Of a DNA stretch of 64,000 nt, positions 38,905-52,699 are shown in pieces (within the stretch, counting starts at the first letter, position 1; each line of letters begins with the position of its first letter). A program made the translations under genes and the position numbers. The DNA lies in assembly GCA_024137785.1 (NCBI GenBank), contig JAHRHZ010000250.1, forward strand, positions 1,346,515-1,410,514, given 5' to 3'. This DNA is from Ginglymostoma cirratum. Lineage: Eukaryota. The notes below the pieces were generated by a model that saw only the letters and a list, made by a program, of their open reading frames with translations, did not search any database and was not told the DNA's origin.

Positions 38905-39545
38905 GTTTTTTTTTTGACTGGAGCGTTGGAGGCTGAGAGGTGACCTAATACATATTTATAAAATCGTGAGAAGCATGGACAGGATAAATACCCTACAATA
39001 CGGGGGTGCACAACAATGGTTTAAGATCAGAGGGGAAATATTTTAAAAGGACCTGAGGGGTAACTTTATTATGCAGAGGATGGTGCACGTAAAGAACAAG
39101 CTGCCAGAGCCTAACCCTAACCCTATCTCCTCCTCTCCACCTATCCTCTCCTCTATCCATCTTCTATCCGCCTCCCCCTCTCTCCCTATTTATTTCAGAA
39201 CCCTCTTCCCCTCCCCCATTTCTGATGAAGGGCCTCGGCCCGAAACGTCAAGCTTTCCTGCTACTATGATGCTGCTTGGCCTGCTGTGTTCATCCAGCCC
39301 CACACCTTGTTATCTCGGATTCTCCAGCATCTGCAGTACCTTTTATCTCTGCCAGAGGAAGTGGTAGGTATGTACAATTCCAACAATCAAAAAAAAAATA
39401 AGGATGGGTATATGAATAAGAAGTTTTGAGAGGAAAATAGGGCAAATGCTGGAAAATGTGATTAAGTCAGATTGTGATGCCTGGTCAATGCGCCCAAGTT
39501 GGATTGAAGGGTTTATTTCCCTCTGTACCACGCTGTGACTCTATG
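38905..39545 (+). mobile_element. CR1-type LINE 3' end, interrupted by a nested insertion
   Basis: GAGGCTGAGAGGTGACCTAATA...AAGCTGCCAGAG|GAAGTGGTAG...TGACTCTATG CR1 tail. Confidence 0.7.
39110..39348 (+). mobile_element. Penelope-like 3' terminal fragment nested in CR1, with 9-bp TSD
   Basis: Close reverse-complement match to 4270-4457; flanked by CTGCCAGAG at 39101-39109 and 39349-39357. Confidence 0.85.
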
Positions 39546-40249
39546 TTTATGAATTTGGAAATTTTCTGTGTTGAATAAGAAGGAAGTAATGGCTCTGATG
39601 TATCATCCACGTTTTTCTCTATTTCTTTTTATCGTCAACAGTAATGTTTTGTAATGGCATTTTTGATTGCATTTACATTACTTCCTGATTATAGGCAAAT
39701 TTTGGTCTGCCAAAAGGAGTTTCAATTTTGTCATGGAAGCCGTGGTTGTTTGTTGACAGATTCTAAAATCGGGGTGTACTTAAACCTATGAGAATTGTTG
39801 ACTTTATCTAATGGCAAACATTTAAGAGTTATTACTCTGTGAACAATTCTGTGCAAATACACGGAAGTGAAAGTACAGAACACTTCCTTGGTCAGTGGAA
39901 CAGCTGTCTTCGTAAGACATGTAAACATATTAGTTTGTTCCCCGTTGCCATGTTCTCAGCTGGTACTCTTCGTTAACTAATATGAGCACGTTTCAGTGCG
40001 TCAGGTCTTGTTTTTAATTGATGAGGTACTGCTGTATGAAACTGCTTCACTTTATCGAAAAACAGGCTATAGGTCAAGACAATGTGTCATTTATTTAAAT
40101 ATTACTTTCGGATAGTTTTAGTGTACTTAAATTTTGGGGCTAGTATTTCTTCAAACTATTGAAGCACCATAGACTGAATGTGCCATTCACATGCTTCTAC
40201 TGGTGAAAGAGATCTCTCTGCTTGGGAAGTGCAAGCAATGAGAGGTAAA

Positions 40250-40455
40250 ATCGCAGAGAAGCACAGTGGGCTGATCTCTTTAGAGAGGGAAGACGGCTCG
40301 TGCCTTAATCTAGGAACACCATTCATCAAGTGAGGGGCAACGTTAGCAAGACGTGATCTACATGGTGTTCACTGTTGGTATGGAGGTATCAGACCTGTGC
40401 TGTCAGCATCTCATTGTTTAGAAACCAACCGTCCAGCTAACTGAGCTAACAACCT
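40250..40455 (-). mobile_element. tRNA-derived SINE, decayed
   Basis: Minus strand GTTAGCTCAGTTAGCTGGACGGTTGG head; similar to 58083-58300. Confidence 0.55.
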
Positions 40456-41351
40456 TCTTTTTGCTTTTACTGCTGTCGACATCCCGTCACTCTCAGAACA
40501 TATTAGGCGCTCAATATAAAGATGCACTTTCTACAACAACTGGCTCTTAACTGCAAAAGTTGGGGGGGGTGGAATTTCAACAAATTATTCATGGATATTT
40601 GAACTTCTCTATTCAAGCAAAAACAGCAGTGTCAGAAAGCAATATTTCACGCTTCTCTACATATTTGGAATGTGATCAGCCCATACAAACATTGCACTAC
40701 ATTGCATGCATAAATTAATGTACGAATTAGAAAAGTCGTTTGTTCATTTGGCAAATCACCAGAAGATAAACGGAAAGAAATATTAACGTGTTCTTTTTAA
40801 CATACTTCTGATTTCTTTAAGTAAAGAACCTAGACTCAAATTAATTAATGTCCATATTCCATACGAAGTCCAGGTAACAATAAATCGGGCATATTTTGCT
40901 CAAACATTGATCGGATCATCGAAATGACAACCTGGAAATGGGAAAACGGTAATGCGGTGTTTGCAAAGTAGGCTGTGTCATCATATACAATAGAATTCTG
41001 GGAGCTACGTATGTGAGAGGAAATCAATTGATATGCTTAACGAAGCTATTTACCGGATATTTTGAAAGACAGCTGAAGTGATGTTGGACCTAGTTTTTAA
41101 GATTCAAGGAAGTGATAGTAGCTAGCTTTGTCTACAGGAAATGATAATTGGATTTGTGACAGAAAACTGTTGCTATTTTGCTAAAACACAAGTAAACTCA
41201 ATCAACTCAGTGGCAGGTAATTTAAAACGCCCTAAAGTTAAATGGATGCAAATATGGCACTTTTTCAGCTAGGAACTAGCAACCAGATTTGCGCAACATG
41301 TCTGAATCTCCGACTCTACTCTCAGGGAAAGGGTCCTCCGGCGTGTATTTG

Positions 41352-41980
41352 TGCTATGGTCCAGACCAGACTCCCTCAAAATATTTTAAGCAGTTATCCT
41401 AGACCCAAGCTTTTTCTTATTTTAAAGGTAGATGTGAAGTGTGTGCTCGGGATGTGATGCGACTGGTCAAACTACTCGATGTTAAGCAAAACACAATTTA
41501 TTTAAACACTATAGTTAAAATACAAACACAATAAAGAGCAATTTGGAATAACAAATATTGGAAAACCTAACTGAATAATAGATACAACACCTATAACTGA
41601 TTAACTGTTCCGGTATGGTTGCATCCAACATTAAGGTAAATTCAGACACAGATTCATACAAGCTGTTTTCCAACCCAGGAGGAAACAACGTCGAGAAGAT
41701 TTCAGAGGAAGTGGCAGCTAGGAATCATTCAGTGAAACAGCAACACTTCTGGGATCCCTAAAAACTTCTGACAGTTAAATCTCACAAAAAAAGGCCTGGT
41801 CTTTAAGAGCTGGCCACTCCTTTTCCATTGTTACATTTTTCAAAAAAAAACTTAAAGACCTCACAAATTATTTACTTAAGCTGTTTTCAGTAGCCAGTTC
41901 GTAACCTGTGCCTTTACAACCTCTCTTCAAAAAAACACCTTCGGACAAATTAAGCAGTTTAGCGTGACACTATTGTCACA
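41352..41980 (-). mobile_element. Solo LTR (629 bp)
   Basis: TG...CA termini, 4-bp target duplication TTTG at 41348-41351 and 41981-41984, AATAAA on minus near 41500. Confidence 0.6.
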
Positions 41981-42294
41981 TTTGTATCCTCATAACTTCT
42001 CAAAGTATGCATACATTTTATCATTTAGAGTGCGTAGAACAACGGGAAGACATTGTAAGCATTTCAGGTTAGAAAATGAAGGGAAAAGCTTTTTCATGGG
42101 GCCTGCCCTGTATTGCAACTTTTTTAAAATTTTGCTTTGAATCATATGAGCTGACTGTAATTACATTTTCTAGTGACCCAGCATTGCGTGGTCAGTGAGA
42201 GAGACGAAAGAAAATTCAGTATTTTCAGAGTAACATTTTGCCAACAAAAAATTGGTTTCAGATTTGAAATGCATTTAAATTGGGAAAAAGTTAG

Positions 42295-43680
42295 GAAACA
42301 ACTGTATCAGCGGTATCGTCTGTGGTGGGGAAGCTCTTGGAGAAGATACTGAAGAACAAGATATTTGCACAATAAGTAGAAAATGGACTAATTAATGACA
42401 GGCAGCATGGTTTTGTACGGGGAAGGTCATGTCCCACCAACTTGCTTGTGTTTTTTGAAGAAGTGACAAAGATCATTGATGAGGAAAGGGCTGTGGGTGT
42501 AGTTTTTGTGGACTTTTCAAGGCATTTGATAAAGTCTCACGTGGCAGATTGTTACGAAAACAAAAATCACATGGCATTCGGGGTGGGCTGGCTAGATGAG
42601 AACAAAACTAGCTTGGCCATACAAGACATAGGTTAGCAGTGGAAGGGTGTTTTTTTCAAAATGGAGACCATTAACTAGTGATGTTCCACAGGGATCAGTC
42701 TTAGGTTCTCTATTGCTTGTAGTATACATAAATTATCTGCAGGAAAATGCGGGTGGACTGGTTAGTAAGTTTGCAGATGACATGAAGATTGGTGGAGCTG
42801 CTGATAGTGAAGACAATTGTGAAAGGACACAACAGGATGTAATTAGTGTGGTGAATTGGGCGCAGAAATGGTAGATGCTATTTAATCCAGACAAATGCGA
42901 GGTGATGAAATTTGTAGGATCAAATTTAGGTGTGAATTATACTGTAAATGACAGAATCCTTAGGAACATTAACATGCTGATGGACCTGGGTGTGCAGGTC
43001 CACAGTTCCTTAAACGTGGCAACACAAGTGGGCAAATTGATTAAGAAGGCATAGGGCATGCTTGCCTTCATTGGCCAGGGCATGGAGTTGGCCAGTCATG
43101 TTGCAGCTATATAAAACCCTGGTTAGGCCGCATTTGGAGTATTTTGTGAAGTTTTCATCGCTACAGTACCGGAAGGATGTGGAAACTTTGGAGAGAGTGC
43201 AGATAAGGTTCATTACGATGTTGCCTGGTCTCGAGGGCATTGTCTATGCGGAAATGTTAAAAAGACTAAGATTGCCTTCACTGGAAAGACAGCAGCTGAG
43301 ACGAGACCTGATAGGGGTCTGTAAAATTACGAGAGGCATAGACAGGATGGATAATCGCAGGCTTTTTCCCCTGGTTGAAGTTTCGATTACTAGGGGACAC
43401 AGATTCAAAGTGAAAGTGGGAAAGCTTAAGGGAGATGTGCGAGGGAAGTTCTTTCATGCAGATAGTGGTAGGAGCCTGGAACGCACTGCCAGAAGATGTG
43501 GTAGAAGCAGGCACACTGGTGACATTTAAGAGGCATCTGGATGGTTACATGAATCAGGAGGGAATAGAAGGATATGGACCAAATAAGGGCAGAAGCCTTT
43601 TTTTAGTTTAGTTAGAGCATGATGATCAGTACAGACTTGGAGGGCCAAAGGGCCGGTTCCTGTGTTGTACTTCTGTTTTG
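42295..43680 (+). mobile_element. CR1-type LINE ORF2 reverse transcriptase 3' portion, frameshifted
   Basis: QHGFVRGRSCPTNL, VFVDFS, VPQGSVLG, KFADD, LYKTLVRPHLEY motifs and CR1 3' UTR. Confidence 0.9.
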
Positions 43681-44602
43681 TTCTTTTGTTCTTTTGTAAA
43701 CATGCAGCGAGTTATAATTCAAACAATCAAACATAGATGACACTTAGACAATGCCAAAGAGTTATTAATTTCACAAACTAGGAAATGGGGAGAATTTGAA
43801 AGAAGATAATTTCAAGGGAACCTTGACAATTTCATATGCTTTTCATACTCATTTTAATGCCCGTTCTGGAATGTGGACACTAGTACTGATCAAAAATGTG
43901 TTTCCTACCTCAGCATTTGAAAGCTGTCTCAGATCATTGTTGACCTCTGCGACTGTTTTTTTTGAGCAACTGAAGGAATGATATGCACTATTAAGTTTAG
44001 AAAATAAGGGTTGATTAGGTGTTCATGTGTGTGTACCTTCAAAATGTTCGACCTCAGAGGTGGCATTATATTTAACACACTATTTAACATGGACCAAAGT
44101 GTAAGACATGGAGGAAGGATAAGCTATTCAGCATGTAATATATAATAGTTATACAAGATACGAACGTGGAACACTTTTTACACAGGTCAATGCATGCCTT
44201 ACACAAAGAATGGAGATTGTTACAGTGTAAAGAATACCATCACAGGATAGTCATGTGGATGTCTGGAAATGAAACAAATGATCATAGAAATCGCAATACT
44301 GTAAACCTTCTGTTTCATTGTGTTAGAGAACAGTGAAATCATTCGTCTTTCCTTTAGTGAGAATTAGCGACTCATAGGGGATATAAAGGCATAACGGAAG
44401 AATCACATATAGATTGTAAATTGCATTGTATTTACAAATCAATGAGTTTTCCTGACTGCTGAGGGACTTTTTTTCTTTAACTTCTTCTGTGACATAGAGA
44501 ATAATTCTCACTCTTAAAAGATCATCCATCGCAAATTCGTTCTAGATATTGTTATGGGCACATGAAGAAACAATACAGAAGAGTGTGTTACCCCTTAATA
44601 CA

Positions 44603-44845
44603 ATTTTTAGTTGTACAACATTAAATCTGGTATTTGCACTTACCTTAGACCTTGCAGCTTTAAGAAATCAACAGTACTTTGATTGGTCGAATTTTAACGT
44701 ACAGCTATTCACCAATCAGGAGCTGAGAGGTGATTAGGGATCTGGACAGCCCCCTTCACTGCCCAGACACCATCACGTCCGATCAGACGCTGAGTGATAT
44801 TGGATAGCGAGCAGCTCGGTAGGAATTGCTTAACTATCCAGTTAA
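44603..44845 (+). promoter_or_regulatory. cPcdh promoter cassette (unit 7)
   Basis: GATTGG, TTCACCAATCAG (CCAAT 44712), CCCAGACACCATCACGTCCGATCAGACG. Confidence 0.8.
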
Positions 44846-45019
44846 ATTTTCAGAGAACAATAGAAGACTTACAATAAACAATCCGAGCGGTTCGTGAAAC
44901 ATTCAGGTATTTACTACACCGCAATTGTTTCGGATATAAAATGCATTCATATAACCTGAAAGAGGAAAGCTGATGGTGCGGGCACGTTCTGAGAAAAGGG
45001 GAAATGTTTGAAGCTGGAA

Positions 45020-47488
45020 ATGAAATATAAATTATATAGGCCTCTAAAATGCCAAATCTTCTACTGTATATTTTCTTTGTGGAATCTGGCGTTTGGGCAG
45101 ATTCATTATTCAATTCCTGAAGAACAACAACTCGGCACCTTTATTGGGAATGTTGCTGAGGATTTGGGTTTAGATGTAGAGCAGCTGTCGGCCCGCAATT
45201 TGCAGATTGTGCACGGTCCTAGCACACAATATGTTGATATCAATTTAGACCGTGGTATTTTATTTGTGAAGGAAACAATTGACAGAGAAGAGATTTGCGG
45301 GCCGAGCTCCAGTTGCGTGCTATCCTTGGACGTTTTCCTTGAAAACCCATTGAAGCTGTATCAGTTTGCAGTGGATATTTTCGATATAAATGACAATGAG
45401 CCCAGTTTCCCTAATAGACAATTGCACCTTGAAATTTCAGAGCTTTCTCCTCCAGGAATGCGCTTTAGCCTCGAGTCCGCGCATGATTTGGACGTTGGAA
45501 CCAACTCAGTGCAAAACTACGAGCTCCTTCCGAGCGATTATTTTATTCTTGATGTACAAACGCGCAGCGGTGAGGGAAAATTGCCGGTATTAGTACTGCA
45601 GAATGCTTTGGATAGAGAAATGGAATCCAGCCACAGTTTAACGCTAATCGCAAAGGATGGCGGAGTTCCGGTGAAATCGGGTACGGTTGAGATAACAATC
45701 CTCGTTAAGGACACAAACGACAACGCCCCTGTCTTCCCCCAGTCAGTTTATAGAGTCAACCTATTGGAGAATATAACCACAGGAACGCAGGTAATCCTAT
45801 TAAATGCCTCTGATTCAGACGATGGTTCCAATGGAGAGATAACCTACTCGTTCAGTAGGTACTGTTCGGCCAAGGCTCGGGAAAAGTTTGCCGTGAATTC
45901 CAAAACCGGTGAAATCCGGGTGAAAGGGAACCTAGACTATGAAGAAAATAAAGTGTTTGAAATTAACATACAAGCTACAGACGGAGGTCCTGATGCTATG
46001 TCGGGGCACTGTGATGTTTTGGTGAATGTTATTGATGTGAATGATAACCCACCTGAAGTGAAGTTGACGTCTTTGTTGAGTACAATTTCGGAAGATGCGC
46101 CAGTTGGGACTGCAGTCGCTCTGTTCAGTGCAGCAGATAAAGATTCAGGGAGAAACGGGCAGATACAATGTCAAATATCAAACAGATTACCCTTCAGACT
46201 AGATTCTTCATTGAAGAATTATTATGGAATACTTGTTCAACATACATTGGATCGTGAAATTATCTCTATGTACGACATTACAATTACATGCATGGATGCA
46301 GGAAATCCATCTCTTACATCCGAGAAAACCATTTGCGTCGAGGTTTTAGATATAAACGACAATGCGCCACAGTTCACGCAGTCTTTACACACAGCAAACA
46401 TAATGGAGAACAACATTATTGGAGCTTCTATATTTTCCATTACTGCCTTTGATCCGGATATCGGAGTGAACGCTCGACTGAAATACCTAATTCTGGGGAC
46501 TGACGTTCAGAAGGCTTCGGTATCCAATTACGTCTCTATTAACCCAGAGACGGGTGTCATATTCGCTCTGCAATCGTTTGACTACGAGCAACTGAAAAAC
46601 TTTCAGATTCAAGCTCAGATCATGGACTCTGGGACACCACCTCTGGCAAGCAATGTATCAGTGGATGTTTTTATCATCGATCAGAATGATAATGTTCCAG
46701 TCATTGTACAGCCATTAGCCGAATTTGGGTCAACAGCAGTTGATACAATATCCAGGTTTGCAGAACCAGGCTATTTGGTTGCCAAAGTATCGGCTACTGA
46801 CGCTGACACCGGTCAGAACGCTCGCCTCACTTATTCCATTTTTCAAGCTACCCAGCCTGGGCTTTTTACTATTTCGCCAAACAGCGGGGAAATTTGGACT
46901 ATCCGTCGTATTGCGAGCAAAGATGCCTCTAAACAAAGGTTGGTGATTCTGGTAAAAGATCATGGAATACCATCATTTTCTGCCACAGTGACCATCATCT
47001 TAACTGTGGTTGGTGGTGACACTGAAAGATTGTTCAGCGTCAGTGGCTCATCTGATGATCCCGAATCCACTCCTGTTCTGAGCATTTCCTTGGTCATCGC
47101 ATTCGGTGTAATTTCTTGCATGTTACTAGTGATTTTAATCATCCTCGCTGTGAAGATTTATAAAGACAGAAATTCTTTAAGTAATCAGCACAGTTCTCTG
47201 GGATTCTGCTATTGCTTTGACACCAGACATTCTGTGAATGAAATTCAAAAAACTAGTAGAAACCTTCGGATAGCCCCAAATTATGTTGAGGTATTTGGGG
47301 GAGATCCACTTTCGCAAAGTTTTCGTTACGATTCGTGTTCAACATTGCATTCAACAAGAAGAGACTACAAAACTGCCAATACATGCAGGTCGTATACAGA
47401 CAAGAATTTTGTTCAAAATGAGACTTTCGGGAAAGAAAGCACGACAATGGCTAATTCTGAATATAACAGCAAATCTGTAAACAACGAG
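45020..47488 (+). CDS. Clustered protocadherin variable exon (unit 7), 823 codons
   Basis: Intact ORF from ATG 45020; donor GAG|GTGAGA. Confidence 0.95.
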
Positions 47489-48959
47489 GTGAGAATCTTC
47501 GAAAAAGGAATAAGCTATTACATGTTTCACTTTAATATCTGTAGATATGTGTCTTGAAGTTAACGTCATGAAAGTAAGAGCGTAAATGTACCATTCGCAC
47601 TTTTCATTTCTGTTTCTTACCAACAATAATGGCCCCATATCATAACCTGTAGGACATATTTACATTGCTCTGTGGTTATATGAAACTTTTCCGTTGTCAG
47701 CCTGAGTTTTAGTTGTTCTGTGGAAGTCTCGTTTTCCTGCTGGCAGTTTCCAAAACCACTGGAGTTAATTTGAATCTATGACAATTGTTGGCATTTTCCG
47801 GTGATAATCATTTAAGTTTAACTCCTGATATTGTATTCTGTGCAGGTACATATCTATCTATTGGACATTAGAATGGCTATTCTACACATGCCCTGTGTGT
47901 AAGTCTTTTTTTCTTCCCAGTGCCAAGTCCTCAGTTCGTTGTTAATATTAACTAATGTCGGCATGTTTGCGAGTCTCAGATCTTTGTGAGTTGATGAGGT
48001 AATCTTGTATTCTACAGCTTCACTTTGAGTGTTCATAATGTGTTTTAGCTCAATTCAAAACATTTTTAAATATTTATTTTGAAGTTTTCTAGTGAGCATA
48101 GATTATACGACTCATATTTATTCAAATTGACTTTTAAATGCCATGGAATGAATGAACCATTCACTTGCTTCAAATGGTAAAAGCAATCGCCCTGTTCTGG
48201 AGATTTGGAGATACTTCCAACGAGATTAGCTGCTGTCACTGCAGTCTACCTCCAATCAACCTCTTTGAACCCATTGTGCACTGAAGTGGTAAATTTGATC
48301 CCTGTGATATCAGGTTGTTAAAAGTAAAAAGGGAAGGGAGAATTATATCAAATTATTCTGAGTAAAGTTGAAAACCAGCCTTTGAGCAGAAAAGGAATGT
48401 TTCAAAGCAATATGCGAACTCTCTCTGATGTGCTCGAAATTTGATCAGCCCGTGTTAATACTGCACTAGAAATTTGCATAATTAAAATTTGTGTACCAAT
48501 TAGAACAGAAGATTGTACATTTGGGAAATCACCAGAAGACAATGAAATATTATTTTAAACTTGCTAACATTTTTCAGGCTTTTGTAAGTATAGAACCTAA
48601 AATCAAATTGAACAGTTTTCACGATCAATGAAAGGTGATTTTACTCCAGCCCAGCTACCATCTAAATTGAACAAACATTTCTAAATCTTTGTCTAAGTCA
48701 TCAAAGCGACAGCTGGAAGTATAAAATTAGTTATATGGTATTTTTAAAGACATGTTTATCTATAATATATAACATAATTATTTAGGCTGTTGCCCAAGTG
48801 AGACTAAATCGATAGATTTGATGTTGAACTTGTACGAGGTAACTCGTTAGATCTCACCTAGAGTTTGTGTACGATTTTGGGTACGACATTAAAGGAAATA
48901 TGCAAATGAATCGAAAGGAGTGTAAAAGCAATATACTAGAATAGTTACAATGCGAGAAA

Positions 48960-49390
48960 CTCCAGTTATGAGGGTAGATTGGAAAAGTTAGGACTGTTCT
49001 CCCTGGACTGAAGAAGGTTTACAGGAAATCTGATTGAGATTTGTAAAAATGGGAAGACTAGATAGGGTGAAGCAGTTTAACTTGTAATTGAAATAAGGAT
49101 AAGACAGCATACATTTCAAGTAGTGTGCAAATGAAGTAAGTGTGATGTCAGACACGAACATTCTCACGCAACGAGTTTTTAGGGTATGGAATGCACTCCT
49201 TAAAAATATGGTGGCGACCCCGCAGAGGGCTTTGGATGTTTTCTTTTTCGATAGAATGGTGTGCTGGCATATGGGGAAAAGGCAGTAGATTGACACTACA
49301 TTATAGGACCGAATTAGATACATAGAGATAGTGCGGGCATGACGGGCTGAAGTTACTCTTTCTGCATTGTAATAATTCTGTGATACTTTG
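48960..49390 (+). mobile_element. CR1-type LINE 3' fragment, decayed
   Basis: AGTTATGAGGGTAGATTGG...GGACTGTTCTCCCTGGA...TGGAATGCACT CR1 tail motifs. Confidence 0.6.
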
Positions 49391-50330
49391 ATATAATCAT
49401 AGAAACTGTTCACTAGACATTTCAATACACTACAGGTGAGGCTGGATTTGGATGCTAAGACTCAAAGAATCGATGGCAGTTCATCTATACCATATAAAAA
49501 TTGGAATTGTTGCTTAAAACTGTGATGGTATTTTTCCAATTTACTAAACACTCTGGTCGATTTAGGCACTTTTAATCCAAGCAGTGCTGATAGCAAATAC
49601 TTACAGCTGTGGTTTTGATATAACTTCATTCATGAAATAGCAACCTAGTTTACAGTACATACCTGAAACTCCTACTCTGTTGTCAGGGACACGAGCTTGC
49701 GCTTCCACTCATTTTTTATATGATCAGGCCTCATAAGATACTTGTATTTCACGACACGATTTGGAGACCAAAGAGAACACTTCGTAGCCGTTTCCGAGAA
49801 TGCAACAGGTGGACGTCATGGTGCAAGAACTGAATTTATAAGTTTTAAAATGTTCCTGAATTATATGAACATGCTGCGTACACTTGTACGTACATACACT
49901 TCTCAGTGAGATAGAATTGCGTGGACGGTCAGTGAGGTGAAAGAAATATCCCAACTTTCAGGGTGACAATTGGCAGAGTTGTTTGAAGATATAGAGTCAC
50001 ACCACACAGAAACAGGCCCTTCTGTCCTACTTGTCTATCCTGGCCAGGGTTCCTAAACTGAACTGTACGGCCAATATCCCTCTAACTCTTTCCTATCTAT
50101 GTACCTGCACAGACTGAAAAGTATCTAACCTGGAAGGTAACTGAGTAAATGCATTCATTATCAGTTACAACAGTGAAGTAAACTGGCAATGATGATTAAT
50201 GCAACATGGAAGCAGAAACATCGAAACTATAGAAACTAGGGTCAGAACGAGGCCATTTGGACTTTCAAACCTGCTCCACTATCCAATACGATCATGGCTA
50301 ATCCTCTGTCTCGTGAAATATTCCTCCTTT
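49170..50330 (+). repeat. Intergenic block B, paralogous to 52980-54150
   Basis: Shared TTTCAATACACTACAG, CCTAGTTTACAGTACATACCTGAA, ACTTTCAAACCTGCTCCAC.ATCCAATACGATCATG in the same order. Confidence 0.85.
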
Positions 50331-50905
50331 CTCTCCAATCTCTTTGGTGCCTTTAAAATCTAAATATTTATCCATCTCCTTCTTGAATATATTCAGTGAG
50401 TTGGTCTCCACATTCTTTTACGGATGAGAATTCCATTGATTCACGACCATTGGAATGAAGAAATGCTTCCTCATTTCACCCTTAAAGGCCCTACTCCATT
50501 TACAAGACTGTGACCGCTGGCTCTAGACAGCCCAACAAGAAAAAAATATCTTCACTGTATCCTGTCTGTCCAGCCCATTATAATTTTCTGCGTTCCAACC
50601 AAACCTGCTCTCATTCTGACAAGCCCTCATGGTTACAGACCAGTCGAGCAAATCCCTTCTCACAGGCAATACTTCCCATCCACAGTACTAGCCTAGTGAA
50701 TCCTCTTCCACACTCCCTCAATGGAAAGTAGAATATCGTTTCTTAGGGAGACAGCCCAAACCTGCACACAATACTCAAGATGCAATTTCACCAAGCCTTG
50801 TAGTAGTAAAACACCCCCCTTCTGATTGCATATCTTCTTGCAATGAAGGAACATATATCCCCTTGCCTGACTACTTTCATTGGCAGACGTGCACGGACAC
50901 CAGGG
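50225..50905 (-). mobile_element. CR1-type LINE fragment (paralogous to 61140-61880)
   Basis: Shares TGCCTGACTACTTTCATTGGCA.ACGTGCAC.GACAC with ~61558-61595. Confidence 0.7.
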
Positions 50906-51034
50906 AGACAGCTAGAACTGCAGATACTGCAGTCAGAGATAACAAAGTGTGAGACTGAAGGAACACAGCAGGCCATGCAGTATCCGAGGAGCAGGAAAGT
51001 TGACGGTTCGGGTCGGGACCTTTCTTGGGAATGG

Positions 51035-51880
51035 CTCAGATCTCGATAATTGTAAACAATGCAAACGGCAATGCTCCCGTCTTCTGCCAGTCAGTTTACA
51101 GAGTCAGTCTATTCGAGAATGCAGCCACAGGAACGCTATGATAATATTAAATGCCACTGGCTTGGACAATGGTACCAATGGAGAGATAAACTATTCTTTT
51201 GGTAGCCACGCTTCAGCTGGAGTTCGGGAACAGTTTGGCATGGATTCTAAAACTGGTGAAATCAGAGTGAAAGGAAAGTTGGACAATGAAGAAATCGCCG
51301 CCGTTGAAATTAAGATGCATGCTACAGACGAGAGGTCTGAGGTTATGTCGAGGCTCTGTGAGGATTTGGTAAATATTATTGATGCTAATTTTCACCCACC
51401 TGAAGTGAGTTTGACGTCTTTATCGAGTAAAATTTCGCAAGATGCTCCAATTGCGACTATGATCGGTTTGTTCGCTGCAGCGGATAAAGATTCCAGCAGA
51501 AATGGACAGGTACATTGTCACGTTTCAACAGCACTACTATTTAAACTGGATTCCTCTTTGAAACATTTTTATGGAATAATTATTCATCATCCGCTGGATC
51601 CTGAAAATACTTCCAAATATGACGTTACGATAACATACACGGATGCTGGAAATCCTGCACTTACATCGGAGAAAACTGTTCAGGTCACCGTTTCCGATAT
51701 AAATGACAATGCGCCACAGTTCAGTCAATCTTCATTTACAGCAAACATAAGAGAGAATAATGATACTGGCGCATCTTTATTTTCCATTACAGCCTTTGAT
51801 CCCGATACTGTGTGAACGCTCGACTGAAATACGCCGTCCTGGAGATTCAAAATCAGTGCGCTCGTTATTCAATTACATCG
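51035..51880 (+). pseudogene. Internal cPcdh exon fragment (end of EC2 to mid EC5; unit 8)
   Basis: ORF 50949-51815 contains ILNAT...GEINYSF...DINDNAPQF...ITAFDPD; no signal peptide, EC1, TM, promoter or donor. Confidence 0.9.
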
Positions 51881-51949
51881 AAGCAATTAATTGTGCATGC
51901 ATTGCCTTATTTCATTTATTCACAACATGGTCCTGTACTGTCTCATGCA

Positions 51950-52660
51950 GTAACCAGTAAATTCCACTGTTGCATACATGGTGAGAAGTAATATAAATTG
52001 AGGGCTACATCGTGTATTTCCACTATCCACAGACAAATTTGACCAGGCCTGTTTTCTCACCCACTATGTACACCCCACTCCCTCTGTACTCCCATCTGTT
52101 CCCCAACCCCATTGAGAATACAAGGTCAACCATAATCCATCTTGCATGAGGTACTGAAAGTATATTGAAATAAAATCAAAATGTATGACAGAAACTCAGC
52201 AGATCTGTTTGCATCCCAGGAGAGAGTATCAGAGTTCATGTTTTGAGTCCACTGTGACTCTCCATTAAACGTTCTGCGCAAGCTTAAAACGTCAATTCCG
52301 TTTCTTTTTTTGAAAATTCTGCCATATCTACTGAGTTTCTCAAGCACGCTTTAAATTCGGATCGCCAGCGTCCACAATATTTTATCTTTTATTTTACAGT
52401 AACCATACTTCTCAAACATTTCTTTCCTTCAAGTGATCCTGTTGAGTCATAAAACGTTGAATCTGTAGATGAGTAATGAATGAATATCAAATATTGACAA
52501 ATCAATAGTTAAATTCAGTTAAGAATATTTAAATAGTGAAGCACCAAAACGTTAATGGTAAGTGTATTAAGTTGAGTCTAAAGAAATGGACTGAGGAGAA
52601 GGAGAAGGTAATCCTGCTCTAGTTATTCACTATAAAAACAGCTCGCAAGCAATACTTCAG
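51950..52660 (+). repeat. Intergenic block A, paralogous to 60440-61130
   Basis: Shared GACCAGGCCTGTTTTC, GAGAATACAA, CCATAATCCATCTTGCAT, AGTTCATGTTTTGAGTCCA, GAATATTTAAATAGTGAAGCA. Confidence 0.85.
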
Positions 52661-52699
52661 CAAAGGCAGCTAAAACTATAAACGAGGAAACAGAGCTCA

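Noticed and set aside
50949-51815. 288-aa ORF as a novel chimeric cadherin
   Set aside because: N-terminus derives from a repeat remnant and out-of-frame exon sequence; no ATG context, signal peptide or promoter, and calcium motifs are degraded
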